A stretch of DNA of 64,000 nt from NCBI RefSeq assembly GCF_006345805.1, contig NC_043017.1, positions 4,154,001 through 4,218,000 of the forward strand. Direction: 5' to 3'. Positions 1 to 12,027 of the stretch are shown here, piece after piece. This stretch comes from Octopus sinensis. Its lineage: Eukaryota. The position numbers were made by a program, and so were the translations under genes. The number at the start of each line of letters is the position of its first letter. Position 1 is the first letter of the stretch. The notes beneath the pieces were generated by a model. The model did not search any database. It saw only the letters and a list, made by a program, of their open reading frames with translations, and was not told where the DNA came from.

Positions 1-804
1 TTTAGGTGGACATGTCCTAAGGACAATGATAAATGTGCTGAGAGTAAGTTTTACAAAAAGCGGTTGATGTTATTGTGGTGGTTGTTGAAGTGGTGGGTGT
101 TGTTGGGGTTGTGGTTGTTGTTATGGTGATAGTTATTGTTGTGGTTGTTGTTGTTATTGCTATGGTTGTGGTTTGGCTGTTGTTGTCTTCTTCTTCTTCT
201 TCCAATCAGGACACACGCCATAAACTACAATAAGGGCCAGACTTGAAAAAAATAAATAAATAAATAAATAAATAACAGGGTTCATTTGTTTGACCAAAGC
301 CCTTCAGGGCAGTGCACCAGCATGGTCACACAGTTCAATGACCGAAACAAATTAAGATATAAAAGACACAGCCCTGATCAACCAAAGCCTCATCATCATC
401 ATCGTTTAACGTCCGCTTTCCATGCTAGCATGGGTTGGACAGTTCGACTGGGGTCTGGGAAGCCAGGAGGCTGCACCAGGCTCCAGTCTGATCTGGCAGT
501 GTTTCTACAGCTGGATGCCCTTCCTATCGCCAACCACTCCGAGAGTGTAGTGGGTGCTTTTTACATGCCACCGGCACAGAAAGTGAGTGAAATTTGGGAG
601 AAGGAAATAACATGAAAGCACCCCGCTATATATATACATACATGTGTGTGTGTGTCAGTGTGTCTCTGTTTACATTCATGTCTTGTAACTTAGTAGCTCC
701 ACAAATAGAGGCAATATGGTTGGACTAAACCCATGAAAGCTATGTCCCAGTATAGCTGCAACCCCAACACTGAAACCAAGAACTAAAAGAGAAACAATAC
801 TTAC

Positions 805-1012
805 GCTGTCGAACTCTGAAGTCAACAATCTGATATTTCTTTGCTGCTGGGTCTTTGCGAGGATCGTAGCCAAACTTTACCCACAGACTGCGCCAAGGTC
901 CTGTGATGAAGTAATAGGCAACCAGCGGGAGTACGTACTTCAAGGTGTCACGCCGACACTCAATAGCACCACAAATGCCGTTCCTTGACCAAATCGGTTT
1001 CTGATCGAACAA
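805..1012 (-). CDS. GTF3C5: GTF3C5 coding exon 6 (LFDQKPIWSR...GYDPRKDP...DFRVRQ)
   Basis: cag acceptor at 1013-1015, gtaagt donor, 208 nt, Tau95 core motif. Confidence 0.93.
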
Positions 1013-4000
1013 CTGCCAGCAGATGGAAAAAAGGGCCACAATGAAAATCACACATAAAGAGGTGGGTGGGAAAAGAGGAGGAGGAGAAGGAAGAAGAAAT
1101 ACGTATGCAAACTCACACAGACAACTACACACATTCTCACATGCACAAGCACACTACCAATTATATGCATAGATGCACATACACACACATTCATACATAG
1201 GCGCAGGCATGACAGTGTGGTAAGAAGCTTGCTTCCCAACCACATGGCTCTAGGTTCAGTCCCAAGTGTCTTCTACTATAGCTTCAGGCCGACCGAAGTG
1301 GATTTAGTAGATGGAAACTGAAAGAAGCCTGTCCTATATGTATATACCCTATGTGTGTGCGTCTTTGTGTCTGTGTCTGCCCCACCCCATCACCACTTGA
1401 CAACCGGTGTTGGTGTATTTATGTCCCCGTAACTTGCTGGTTCAGCAAAAGAGACCAATAGAATAAGTACGAGGCTTAAAAAGTAAATCCTGAGGGTGAT
1501 TTGTTTGACTGAAACCCTTTGGGGCGATGCTCCAGCATGGCCACAGTCAGATGACTGAAACAAGTAAAAGAATATAAGAATATACACACACACTGCATTC
1601 TTTATGGGTTTCAGTCTTTCGGCAATAGCATGATGGTGCATCACCCACCGTCAAGAAACTTCTAGTTGATCATTTCAACCTCCGTACATATCTTAATAAT
1701 CTATATTTGGATTTTGGAAGCACTCCGTCGGTTACGACGACGAGGGTTCCGGTTGATCCAAATCAACGGAACAGCCTGCTCGTGAAATTAACGTGTAAGT
1801 GGCTGAGCACTCCACAGACACGTGTACCCTTAATGTAGTTCTCAGGGATATTCAGTGTGACACAGAGAGTGACAAGGCCAGCCCTTTGAAATACAGGTAC
1901 AACAGAAACAGGAAGTAAGAGTGAGAGAAAGTTGTGGTGAAAGAGTACAGCAGGGATCACTGCCGTCCCCTGCCAGAGCCTCGCGGAGCTTTTAGGTGTT
2001 TTTGCTCAATAAACACTCACAACGCCCGGTCTGGGAATCGAAACCGCGATCCTATGACCGCGAGACCACTGCCCTAACCACTGGGCCATTGTGCCTCCAC
2101 TATCTATATTTATCAAGTAGCCAAACATAAACAAGGCCACACACCGTCATAGTCAGTAGGCTTCTACACAATTTCAATTGACCAAATGCCACTCACAAGG
2201 TATAGGTCAACTCAAGAGACTTGGCCAAGGTGTTGCGCTGGGGGGATTGAATCTGCAAATACTGGAGTGCAAAACAAGTTCTTATGAGGCAACCTTGACA
2301 AGATTTTCTACTATAAGCTCAAGTGGACCAATATTTCATGAATGAAATTTGGTAAACAGAAGCATGTTGCATGGGAGGGTATGAGTGTGTGAGAAAGAGA
2401 GAGTGAGAGAGTATGTGTGTGTGTGTCTGTGCAAGTGTTAGCTGGTTGCTAGACAAAAAGAGCGCTGTATAATTAACAAAGCTTTAGCCCTGAGATGCAT
2501 TTCTCCCATAGACCTTATGAAGTTGACAGATATGCCTCAGTGTTTCTTCAAATGAATTACTCCATAGAGTTGCAGTGTTGTGTGAGAGTGGCAATGCTGT
2601 ATGGGCGTGAGACATGGTGTCTGAGGGAGAGACGGCAATTTTGAGAAGGACCAAGAGAGCAATGGTGAGAGAGATGTGTGAAGTAAGTCAACCTTAGCGG
2701 AATTTGAACTCAGAACGTAACGGCAGATGAAATACCTATTTCTTTACTACCCACGAGGGGCTATACACAGAGGAGACAAACAAGGACAGACAAACGGATT
2801 AAGTCGACTACATCGACCCCAGTGCATAACTGGTACTTAATTTATCGACGCCGAAACGATGAAAGGCAAAGTCGACCTCGGCGGGATTTGAACTCACAAC
2901 GTAACGGCAGACGAGATATAGCTACACATTTCGTCTGGCATGCTAACGTTTCTGCCAGCTCGCCGCCTTGAAGAAGAGCCCATGGTTTCTGCAAGCACTT
3001 TGGAACCAGCAAGATTGGTGTTGTTAACATATTCAGTATAAACTATCTGGCAGGAAGGAGTTCCAGAAGACCAGTATTCTGGGGAGGAAGGACTGGGTGT
3101 AGTGATTAGTGTGGGTTCCAAGTGGTTGGACAAAACATGGCTGAGGAGAACAATCACAAGTGGTTCGGGAATGCCTATGGGGGAGGGGCACAAGACCAGC
3201 CAGCTCCTAGGATTATCATCATCATCTCACCATCATTTACCTTCTGTATTCCATACTGGCATGGGTTAGATGATTCAATAGGAACCAACAAGCCAAAGAA
3301 CGGTGCCAAGCTCCAATGTCTGCTTTGGCATGGCTTCTACAATTGGATGCCCTTCTTAATGCCAACCACTTCACAGAGTGTACTGGATACTTTTTTAAGT
3401 GGCACAGGCACTAGTGAGATCACCAAGTACCTCACATGACAAGACCGATCGACTGAATAAGGGTAGAGTATTGGTGTTAAGGGGTTAAAGCATGATAGAC
3501 GAACAGGAACAAGTGTCTTGTTGAAGAGGAGATACAGGAATTCTCCAGTTGGAAAGAGACAGAAAGAGACGGTGAGGGAAAACCCTCAAAGGACAAGGGG
3601 AATATAAAAGAGAGAATAGGGATGCTGAGTTTATGTGATGAGGTGGGTGGGGCAAATGATAAAAATCTTCCAGATGCTGGGGATTTTTCACTAACCTCTC
3701 GAAGCTTTTGTTCAAGGTTTGGATTCTTTACTTTGGCTCGCAGGGTCGCTTCGGCACCACTCATCGATTCTGACGGAATTGTCTTGTCCTCAAAATTTAC
3801 AAATATCGTGTGACGAGATCGTCTTTGCCTGGCTAGAATATCAAAGAATAAGGAAGAAAATAAATCAAGAATTGGATACAGGAAGAAAGATAATCGTTAC
3901 CATTTTCTTTTTTTATCATTAGTACTTCTATTATCAGCAGCAACAGTAGCAGCAGTCCTGCCATCATCAGCAGCAGCATTAATATAATCATCATCATCAT

Positions 4001-5054
4001 CAACACTACTACTAAACTCATTAATTTCATCATTAACATCACTATCATCAACCTCATGAGAACCACTATAATCATCATCATCATTAACAGCACTATTATC
4101 ATCATTACCACTATTATAATTATCATTAGTACCACTCTAACTATTTATCACTCCTCATAGCTTTCAGCGGTGCTCCAGCAAGGCCACAGTCAAAAATGAC
4201 TAAAACAAGTAAAGAGTATATAAAATAAATATTAATTCTTATATGAGCGCATTGTCCCTAAGTTGTTACTGGAACCTTCTAAGGATGAATCGGTCTGCAG
4301 TGCAGCACGGAACGAAAATGGAAATAATGTGAAATACAAAAGTGCATGAAAAGACAAAAGAAAACTGTCTCAATCGAACAAGTAAAATATCAGAAAATAA
4401 AAATAATTAAAAATTCAAGGGAATTAATGAAACTACAAAATGTTAAGAGTTGCGAACCTTGGAACGGTTGACCTATTTGCTGAAACGAAACAAATTTTAT
4501 TGTTTCGTTTCAGCAGATATAAATTTTCCTATCCATTTCTGTGATCGTTTGACTTACCAAAATTAGTGCCGCCTGATTGGCCCCCGTGCCAATGGGACGT
4601 AAAAAGCACCGTTTGAGCGTGGACGATGCCAGTGCCGCCTGATTGTCCCCCGTGCCGGTGGCACGTAAAAAGCACCGTTTGAGCGTGGACGATGCCAGTG
4701 CCGCCTGATTGGCCCCCGTGCCGAAGGCACGTAAAAGGCACCCACTACACTCCCAGAGTGTTTGGCGTTACCAAAGGCATCCAGCTGTAGAAACATAGCC
4801 AGATCAGACTGAAGCCTGGTGCAGTCCTCAGTCAAACCGTCCAACCCATGCCAGCATGGAAAGCTCCTCTCAAATCATCTCTACCTTAAAAAACACGACA
4901 CCTGAACAATGTAGTCATATATATGTCATACTTTTTTATTAAAGCTAAAAATAAATTTTTAAAAAAGCCTATTACTCTACCTCCAGTATTCGAGTCCTAT
5001 TTTTTCCACCTTGTTCTGCATTTATGCGCTTACTCATGTATATATATATGTGTT

Positions 5055-5110
<56 letters not shown>

Positions 5111-6076
5111 ATATATAAGTAGAATGGTTGTTTATAGTTTCCGGTCGAACCTAATTAAGTTGGTGTTCTGGCCAGGACCAGCCCATCTTTTGTAACATAA
5201 TACTGTATTGTCCAAGATGGTAGGATACGATTTGAGGGAAAACTGGCTGTTATTTCTGCAACACACATGGCCTTGGGTTTACATTAATAATCATTATTAT
5301 TACAAACAAACAAGGAAGCCACTGAATAATCTAGTTTTTAGACATTATGGCAACAAATGTGCATGTGCTACACAGGAATGCATTGATGATGCACACATTC
5401 TCAGACAAAATCCCCTCCCTCGCTGCCTAGCTTTCTTCCCCCCACCCCTTGCACATCTCCGTTTCCCTTCCCTCACTCACCTGCCAATCTGCATAAAAAT
5501 TTTTCCCGATTCCTTCTCTCCCTCACTCACATGTTTAATTTTCTATTCCATCACTCTCGGAGTGGTTGGCGTTAGGAAGGGCACCCAGCTGTAGAAACAC
5601 TGCCAGATAAGACTGGAGCCTGGTGCAGCCTTCTGGCTTCCCAGACCCCGGTCGAACCGTCCAACCCATGCTAGCACGGAAAACGGACGTTAAACGATGA
5701 TGATGATGATGATGATCACCATACCCATCAATTTCCTTAAAGCCCATCATATGCTATCCTTGCTAACTAAATTACAAACCAACATCACAAAGGGGACACT
5801 CAGATGGCATGTGTACCCCTGCCACTCTTATATTCTTGCCTTTTTAACTCCCTTCACCCTTACAAGTACTTCTTCCTCCTCAATCCCTCTCCCTCTCTTC
5901 CCCCACTTTTACCTATCTCCACTTCATCTCTCACAGTGTCTCTCTCTTTCTCCAGTCCCCTCTATCACATATCGTTTCTCTCCCTCTCTCTTTTTCTCTC
6001 ACTCCTACAAAATCACAATCACCTTTCTTCACCAATCTTTATTCCACATGTTCCACATTATTCTGCCTTTGTATCC

Positions 6077-6107
<31 letters not shown>

Positions 6108-9100
6108 AGATGCCCTTCATTCTCATTTCCCTTCCATCTCCTTAACCTCATCTCTCTAATTGCTTCTTATCTTACACAAACCCCACCTCCCTCTCCTTTA
6201 TCATTCGGTGATTTTCAACTGTATCTTTAGCATTAAAGGCTAACATCGAAAAGCTTACATGAACATGGATTCTCCAAGCTGCAGAGAAGACAACTCATCT
6301 AAGGAAGCAACACTACAAGTAAATACTTGAACAGCTCAGGGAGCTGCCCAGACAAGAGATAGACTTCATAAGCTTTAGTGAAGACAACTTGTTTAGAAAT
6401 AGGGTGGAAACACAAGCAGACTTATAGAGAAGGTAAACTTTGTGTGTAGCAGATGCACAGAAATAGTTATCAATCAGAGAACCAATGAAAAAATTCTTTC
6501 TACTGAGTTGGAGGTTTCATAAGAGTATTTAATAGCTTTGTGGCAGAAACGTTAGCACGCCGGGCAAAATGCTTAGCGGTATTTCGTCTGCCGCTACGTT
6601 CTGAGTTCAAATTCCGCCGAGGTCGACTTTGCCTTTCATCCTTTCAGGGTCGATTAAATAAGTACCAGTTACGTACTGGGGATCGATGTAATCGACTTAA
6701 TCCGTTTGTCTGTCCTTGTTTGTTCTCTCTATATTTAGCCCCTTTGGCAACAGTTTCTAGCGACGCAAGAGATTAGGTTCGTGGTCGTATTGTTAAATAT
6801 GACCGGGTGTCAAATTTCAGGGAGATAACTCTACCTCATCCAGTCAATCAAAAAAAAAATATTGATTGATAGCTTAGGCACAAGACCAAGTATTCGGCTG
6901 AGAAAAGGGCGAAACTGATTATAGTGACCCCAGAAGGATGAAAAGCAAAACCACCTGCTTCATCTGGAATTGAAACTCAATGCCTAAGGCTTTTTGTCCT
7001 ATCATTCACTTCTGCAAAATTACCACAAGGTAGCTAACTCTTACGAGTCCAATCAAAAATATCTGGGGGGGAGAGGGTACAGGGGTGGTTGTTTATAGAT
7101 CCCAGAAGTACTTGAAAAACAAAATCGCCAGGATTTGAACTTTGAATGTAAAGGGGTTATAACTGATTACTACAAAGCATTAAGAAGGTCGCTCTACTAC
7201 GTCTGCCACCCACAATATAATGAGACAGTCTCTAAACAATCACTTGGATTGGTCAGGAAAATAAGGGCAGCACTCATGGCCCTTCATTTTTTTCAGAGCC
7301 TCAAAGACTAGGTGAACAAAGGAAACGAATTATCCCCGAACCACAGATCTCGCCAAAGTGCTTGCAACAAACAGAAAAAGGCATCAGGTAGTGATGCTAA
7401 ACTAGGCAGCAGAATACATCTACCAGCCCTGCATCCAGAACGTAATGTGCTATGGTAAGAAGCTTGCTGCCCAACCACATGGTTCTGGGTTCAGTCCCAC
7501 AGCACGGCACTCTGGGCAAGTGTCTTCTACTATAGGTTTGGGTAGACCAGAGCCTTGTGAATAGATGGAAACTGAAAGAAGCCCATCATGTATATATATA
7601 TGTCAGTGTATTTCTTTGTATCTGTGTTAGTCTCACCACCACCACTTGACAACCAGTGTTGGTGTGTTTACATCCCCATAACTTAGCAGTTTGGCAAGAG
7701 AGACGAATAGAATAAGTACCAGGCTTTAAAAAAAATAAGAAGTGGGGCTGATTAATTCGACTAAAAATTACATAGATATATGATGATGATGATGATGATG
7801 ATTACAACAATCAAGAGTTCTAAGAAGACCTTAAAATCTATAAAATTTAATACTAAATACAACGGAGTGGTTTTACATCATCACCTGACCCTTGGGGTAC
7901 TTTTAGCAGAGTTCACTCTCATCATCCTCATCATCATTCAATGTCTGTTTTCCATACTGGCATGGATTGGACGCCAGGCGAAATGCTTAGCCGTATTTCG
8001 TCTACCGTTACGTTCTGGGTTCAAATTCCGCCGAGGTCGACTTTGCCTTTCATCCTTTTGGGGTCAATAAATTAAGTACCAGTTACGCACTGGGTCGATT
8101 ACATCGACTTAATACCTATGTCTGTCCTTGTTTGTCCCCTCTGTGTTTAGCCCCTCGTGGGCAATAAAGAAATAGGTTTCACAGGAGCTGGCAAGCCAGA
8201 GAGCTGCCCCAGGCTCCGATTGTTTGTTTGAAATGCCGTTTCCTAACTCCAAGGTGTACTGGGTGCTTTTTACATGACACCAGCACCAGGGATTTTTTTA
8301 CTGTGATAAAGAGAAAAAAGACTATTTACCTGTGCCAATTAGATGACTCGGACGTTGATCTTGGGGATTGACAAAGCCTGAACGATGTTGCATCTCGGAT
8401 CTGTAGAGGTACTCCATGGGTGTATCCATACGGGAGAATATAATAGGTGGCAGGAATAGAGGGACGTCGACTTTAAGCCAGTCTTTGACATCTTCTGGTG
8501 ACTTGACGACCAATTTGTCGAATATGCTGCTAAATGTCTTTGCTTCGTTCTCACCAGTCGAATGTGATATCATTGGTAAATACTGAAAGTCTACCATACC
8601 TGAAAAAAATGTTTAATATTTCAACCAGTCAAAACAGCCAGCCTTATGCATATATACATATGTACATAGGTTTCTATTCCATTAAGATAAGATCAACAAA
8701 ATAAGCACTCTGTCCAGTGAGAGATAAAAAGCATTATAAAGATAAAGACTAATAGTAGTTTCTTGCTGTAAAAACACATGGCTAGACAGGGTTTTATAAT
8801 GTGCCCTGCATCTTCAAGTTCTGAGAAACAACTAGTAGCTCTTATCTTTATATTCATCATCATCATCATCGTTTAACGTAGCATGGGTTGGACTAATTAA
8901 TGCGAGCTCACCAGGATTTGTACATGAAATGATATATGTATGTATATATATATATATATATAGTTATATTTTTCTTACAAAGGATATAGACTGCACAGAA
9001 GTGCTCAAGTCGAGCCTGAGACGTTAGACAAATATAATAACTGGAATGGAGAAAGTTCGAATCAACAATGAACACATACGGATTTGATTAAGATAAAAAT

Positions 9101-10049
9101 TGTCCAAAAACATATTGATATATTAAAAATACATATAAAATATAAAAATACATGAATATTAAAAATATATATGGACATATAAATATATGAATATACAGAC
9201 ACAAACAGCGCCGCCCCAACTGGCCTCGTACTGGTGGCATGAAAAAAGCACCATCCGATCGTGGCCGTTTGCCAGCCTCGTCTGGCACGTAAAAAGCACC
9301 CACTACACTCACAGAGTGGTTGGTGCTAGGAAGGGCATCCAGCTGTAGAAACACTGCCAGATCAGACTGGAGCCTGGTGCAAGCCTTCTCGCTTCCCAGA
9401 CCCCAGTTGAACTGTCCAACCCATGCTAGCATGGAAAGCGGACGCTGAACGATGATGATGATGATGATAATACATACATATCACCATCATCATCATTGAT
9501 CACCTTTGATCATTGATCTATTGGATCGAGATTGAACAACTAAGAATGAATCCTACCTTGGAATCTGAAAGTTACTTTGACAATCCCCAAGATCTCCACT
9601 TTGTGCTCGTAGTCATAGCTACCATCTAGCTTCTTCCTTTTCCGCCGTTTAAACCGAAACAATAAGTTGTTGGTGTTGCTGCTATCCCCATAGGAACTTT
9701 TACAATAAGGGTCAGCAGGTCTCCAGCGAAGTTCCAATCTTTGGTTAGAATCAACATATCTCTAAAAGTGAAAGAAATCAATTTTGTTTTATATTTTATT
9801 AAGACCCATGGCCATTTCTAACCACATTTCTAACGATAAACACTTTTGTGATTCAACTACTTTTGCAAATAATCAAGAATTTGAAGAAATTTAGTCAAAT
9901 GAATAATTAAAAATTTCTCTAATAACATTTTGGTTGACTTGCAGCTATAAAAGACAACCCTTGTCCAAAATACCATTCAGTGAGGTCAAACCTGGAACCA
10001 TTTGGTTGCTCAGCAAATTTCTTAAATCCCACTCCAAAGCTTCTAAGAA

Positions 10050-10082
<33 letters not shown>

Positions 10083-10953
10083 AACCTGGGACCAAGAATT
10101 AAACAAAATGAAAACATATTAAACAAAAATTCCTTTAATCCTTACAACACCATGAGCTCTGCTATTCAGTAGCCCACGCTACTAAAGATAGCAACCAAAG
10201 TATTCCTCGAATCACATCCTTTCTACTATCATAAAAAGGAAAGGAAGAACACAGTGTTTAATGATGTTATATACACCTTTGATGTAACTTATATGTCATC
10301 AAGTATAGTAATAGATATAAGATATAAGTCATAAGTATTACTACATTTTTAGCATTTATTGAGTGAAATAAAACTCTTCTATTGGTTTGTTTACATAATG
10401 TTCCTATAAAGAAACAGAATGGTCACGGTAGGAAAGATTTTGTTCATGGGTTTGTGGGTTCGATCAAGGTCGAAACAACAACACGAGTAAATTTTGTTAG
10501 GAATAAGAATGCAGAAATAAAAGAGGGGGGAAGGAAAACAGATATAGGCATTAATTAAATTAACCAGAATGGCCAAATAGAAAGGAAGGGGGTAAAAAGG
10601 GGCCACCGACCTTATTTATTTCTTCCAGGCCGCCCAATGTCTCCATGGCTCTTGAAACATTCTTGATAATGCCAGGGTATTCGATGCAGACAACTTTGCG
10701 AGTCAATTTATCTGTGTTTATAGGAACAGATTCGTTTGGTAAATTACCGAAACAATCGGACAAACTACTCATTCTATAACTTTTTTCCATCTTTTTTGGT
10801 GTCTGAAATGACAAACTTTTAAATATGAGAATCAATTAGTGATTAGTAATGAAGGGATTGGTTTGGGTGAGTTCAATCATGGGATAAAAGAGGAAAAAAA
10901 CATTCAAAACACAGAAAATTTTTGCGATGTTATCAAATAAAATTCACCGCCAT
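805..10953 (-). CDS. GTF3C5: General transcription factor IIIC subunit 5 (Tau95/Tfc1), 5' portion; 3' exons lie outside the window
   Basis: join(10953-10948,10802-10611,9761-9557,8599-8330,3832-3696,1012-805). All junctions are GT-AG and phase-consistent. Motifs VCIEYPGII..AMETLGG, LELRWRPADPYCK, DFQYLP, LFLPPIIFSRMDTP, PIWSRN and AYYFITGPWRSLWVKFGYDPRKD match the Tau95 family. Confidence 0.93.
2560..2690 (+). mobile_element. Old RTE RT fragment
   Basis: CVRVAMLYG.ETWCLRE..ILRRT.RAMVR.MC remnant. Confidence 0.55.
3696..3832 (-). CDS. GTF3C5: GTF3C5 coding exon 5 (ARQRRSRHTIFVNFEDK...QKLRE)
   Basis: 137 nt, phase 1 in and phase 0 out; resembles vertebrate RARRPHNAIFVNFED (recalled). Confidence 0.88.
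8330..8599 (-). CDS. GTF3C5: GTF3C5 coding exon 4 (GMVDFQYLP...HLIGT)
   Basis: 270 nt, tttcag acceptor, gtaaat donor. Confidence 0.92.
9557..9761 (-). CDS. GTF3C5: GTF3C5 coding exon 3 (RYVDSNQRLELRWRPADPYCK...FRFQ)
   Basis: 205 nt, ttttag acceptor, gtagga donor. Confidence 0.9.
10611..10802 (-). CDS. GTF3C5: GTF3C5 coding exon 2 (TPKKMEKS...VCIEYPGII...LGGLEEINK)
   Basis: 192 nt, tttcag acceptor, gtcggt donor; an alternative in-frame ATG lies at 10790. Confidence 0.88.
10948..10953 (-). CDS. GTF3C5: GTF3C5 putative first coding exon (ATG GCG)
   Basis: gcaATGGCG|gtgaat, in frame with the next exon. Confidence 0.6.
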
Positions 10954-11959
10954 TGCAGCCGGTCGTATTCTTGTTCGTTTTCTGTTTTTCCGAGAATGAT
11001 ATAACCAATATAATTATGGTATTATTTACGTATTTGTTTGTTTACCAACTATTAGTTTCATGTAGTGAAAATGATAAATAAAAACTATCGAAATGTATTG
11101 ATTAAGCCAAATATTTTGAAAATACGTTATTTTCATTTCCAACATATATATATATTCATTGTATCAATATATTTGGAATAATTATATTCGTAAAAACAAC
11201 TCTTTAATTCCGTCTTTATTCTCTTATTCCGTTATTCCTTTATTTACTTATTCTTTCACAATATTTTCTGCTGTTTTTTAATATTTGATACATAAAACTT
11301 AATGACATTTTAAAAAGAAATTTGATATCAAATTTTATTTCTAAATGAAGCGAAATAACTTTCATGTAGTGAAAATAATAAATGAAAACTATCGAAATGA
11401 ATTGATTAAGCCAATACTATATATCAATATATTTGGAATAATTGTATTCGTAAAATAACTCCTTAATTCCTTCTTTATTCTCTTATTCTCTTATTCCTTT
11501 ATTTACTTATTTTTTCACTGATGCGATATTCACAATATTTTGTTTTTTAATATTTGGTACATAAACTTAATAGGACAGGATGGTCACGGCTGGAACGCCT
11601 TTGATCAGAGGTCTACAGATTCAGAGATGCCTTTGGGTTACACACTAATATTGTGCGTGTGTACATGCGCGCGGTTTAGTCAGTGCTTCAAACAATAATA
11701 CCGTGCGGTATTTACTTCCTCCCTTTAAAACACAAGTTGATTTCTTTTTCTTTTTCTTTTTTTGCTAAGTATTGGGCTCGATGTAATCAGAAAAGTCTGT
11801 GCTCCAGCATGGCCACAGTCAAATGACCGAAAGCAGAAAACAACGAATAAACGCGGATAATTGAGTTTCTTTAGTTCGCTTGAGGTCTTCGTGAAATATT
11901 GGTGGTAAAGAAATTACCTCCGTTAAATATAACTGTGACCTCTCGCAGTGTTTCCGAAC
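10954..11959. promoter_or_regulatory. Putative bidirectional promoter and 5' UTRs of GTF3C5 and RPAP2
   Basis: Divergent ATGs about 1.0 kb apart; CpG-containing patches near both ends; NRF1-like TACATGCGCGCG near 11662. Confidence 0.6.
11056..11571. repeat. Direct duplication (copies at 11056-11303 and 11360-11571) in the divergent promoter
   Basis: TTTCATGTAGTGAAAAT...CATAAAACTTAAT repeated with a 304-bp offset; copy 2 has an internal deletion. Confidence 0.85.
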
Positions 11960-12027
11960 ATGTCGGAATCGAAAGAACTGGATAAAGATAAAGAGAAGAA
12001 AACAGCAGAGGATGATGAAGCGAAGAA
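11960..12027 (+). CDS. RPAP2: RPAP2 coding exon 1
   Basis: aacATGTCG...AA|gtataa; phase 2 fits exon 2; the donor is weak. Confidence 0.65.

Noticed and set aside
17-205. Thr-rich mucin-like ORF
   Set aside because: Translation of (AAC/ACC)n simple repeats; it does not resemble the expected next GTF3C5 exon
4245-4330. Minus-strand pyrimidine tract plus CAG, suggesting an extra GTF3C5 exon
   Set aside because: No phase-compatible donor was found, and exons 4 and 5 already join in frame
5697-6230. 177-aa hydrophobic ORF (and similar ORFs at 3833-4135, 17890-18432, 37362-37901 and 47674-48249)
   Set aside because: Low-complexity or microsatellite translations inside introns
8985-9035. Short stem resembling a Penelope-type hammerhead ribozyme
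   Set aside because: The CUGANGA and GAAA core motifs are not present
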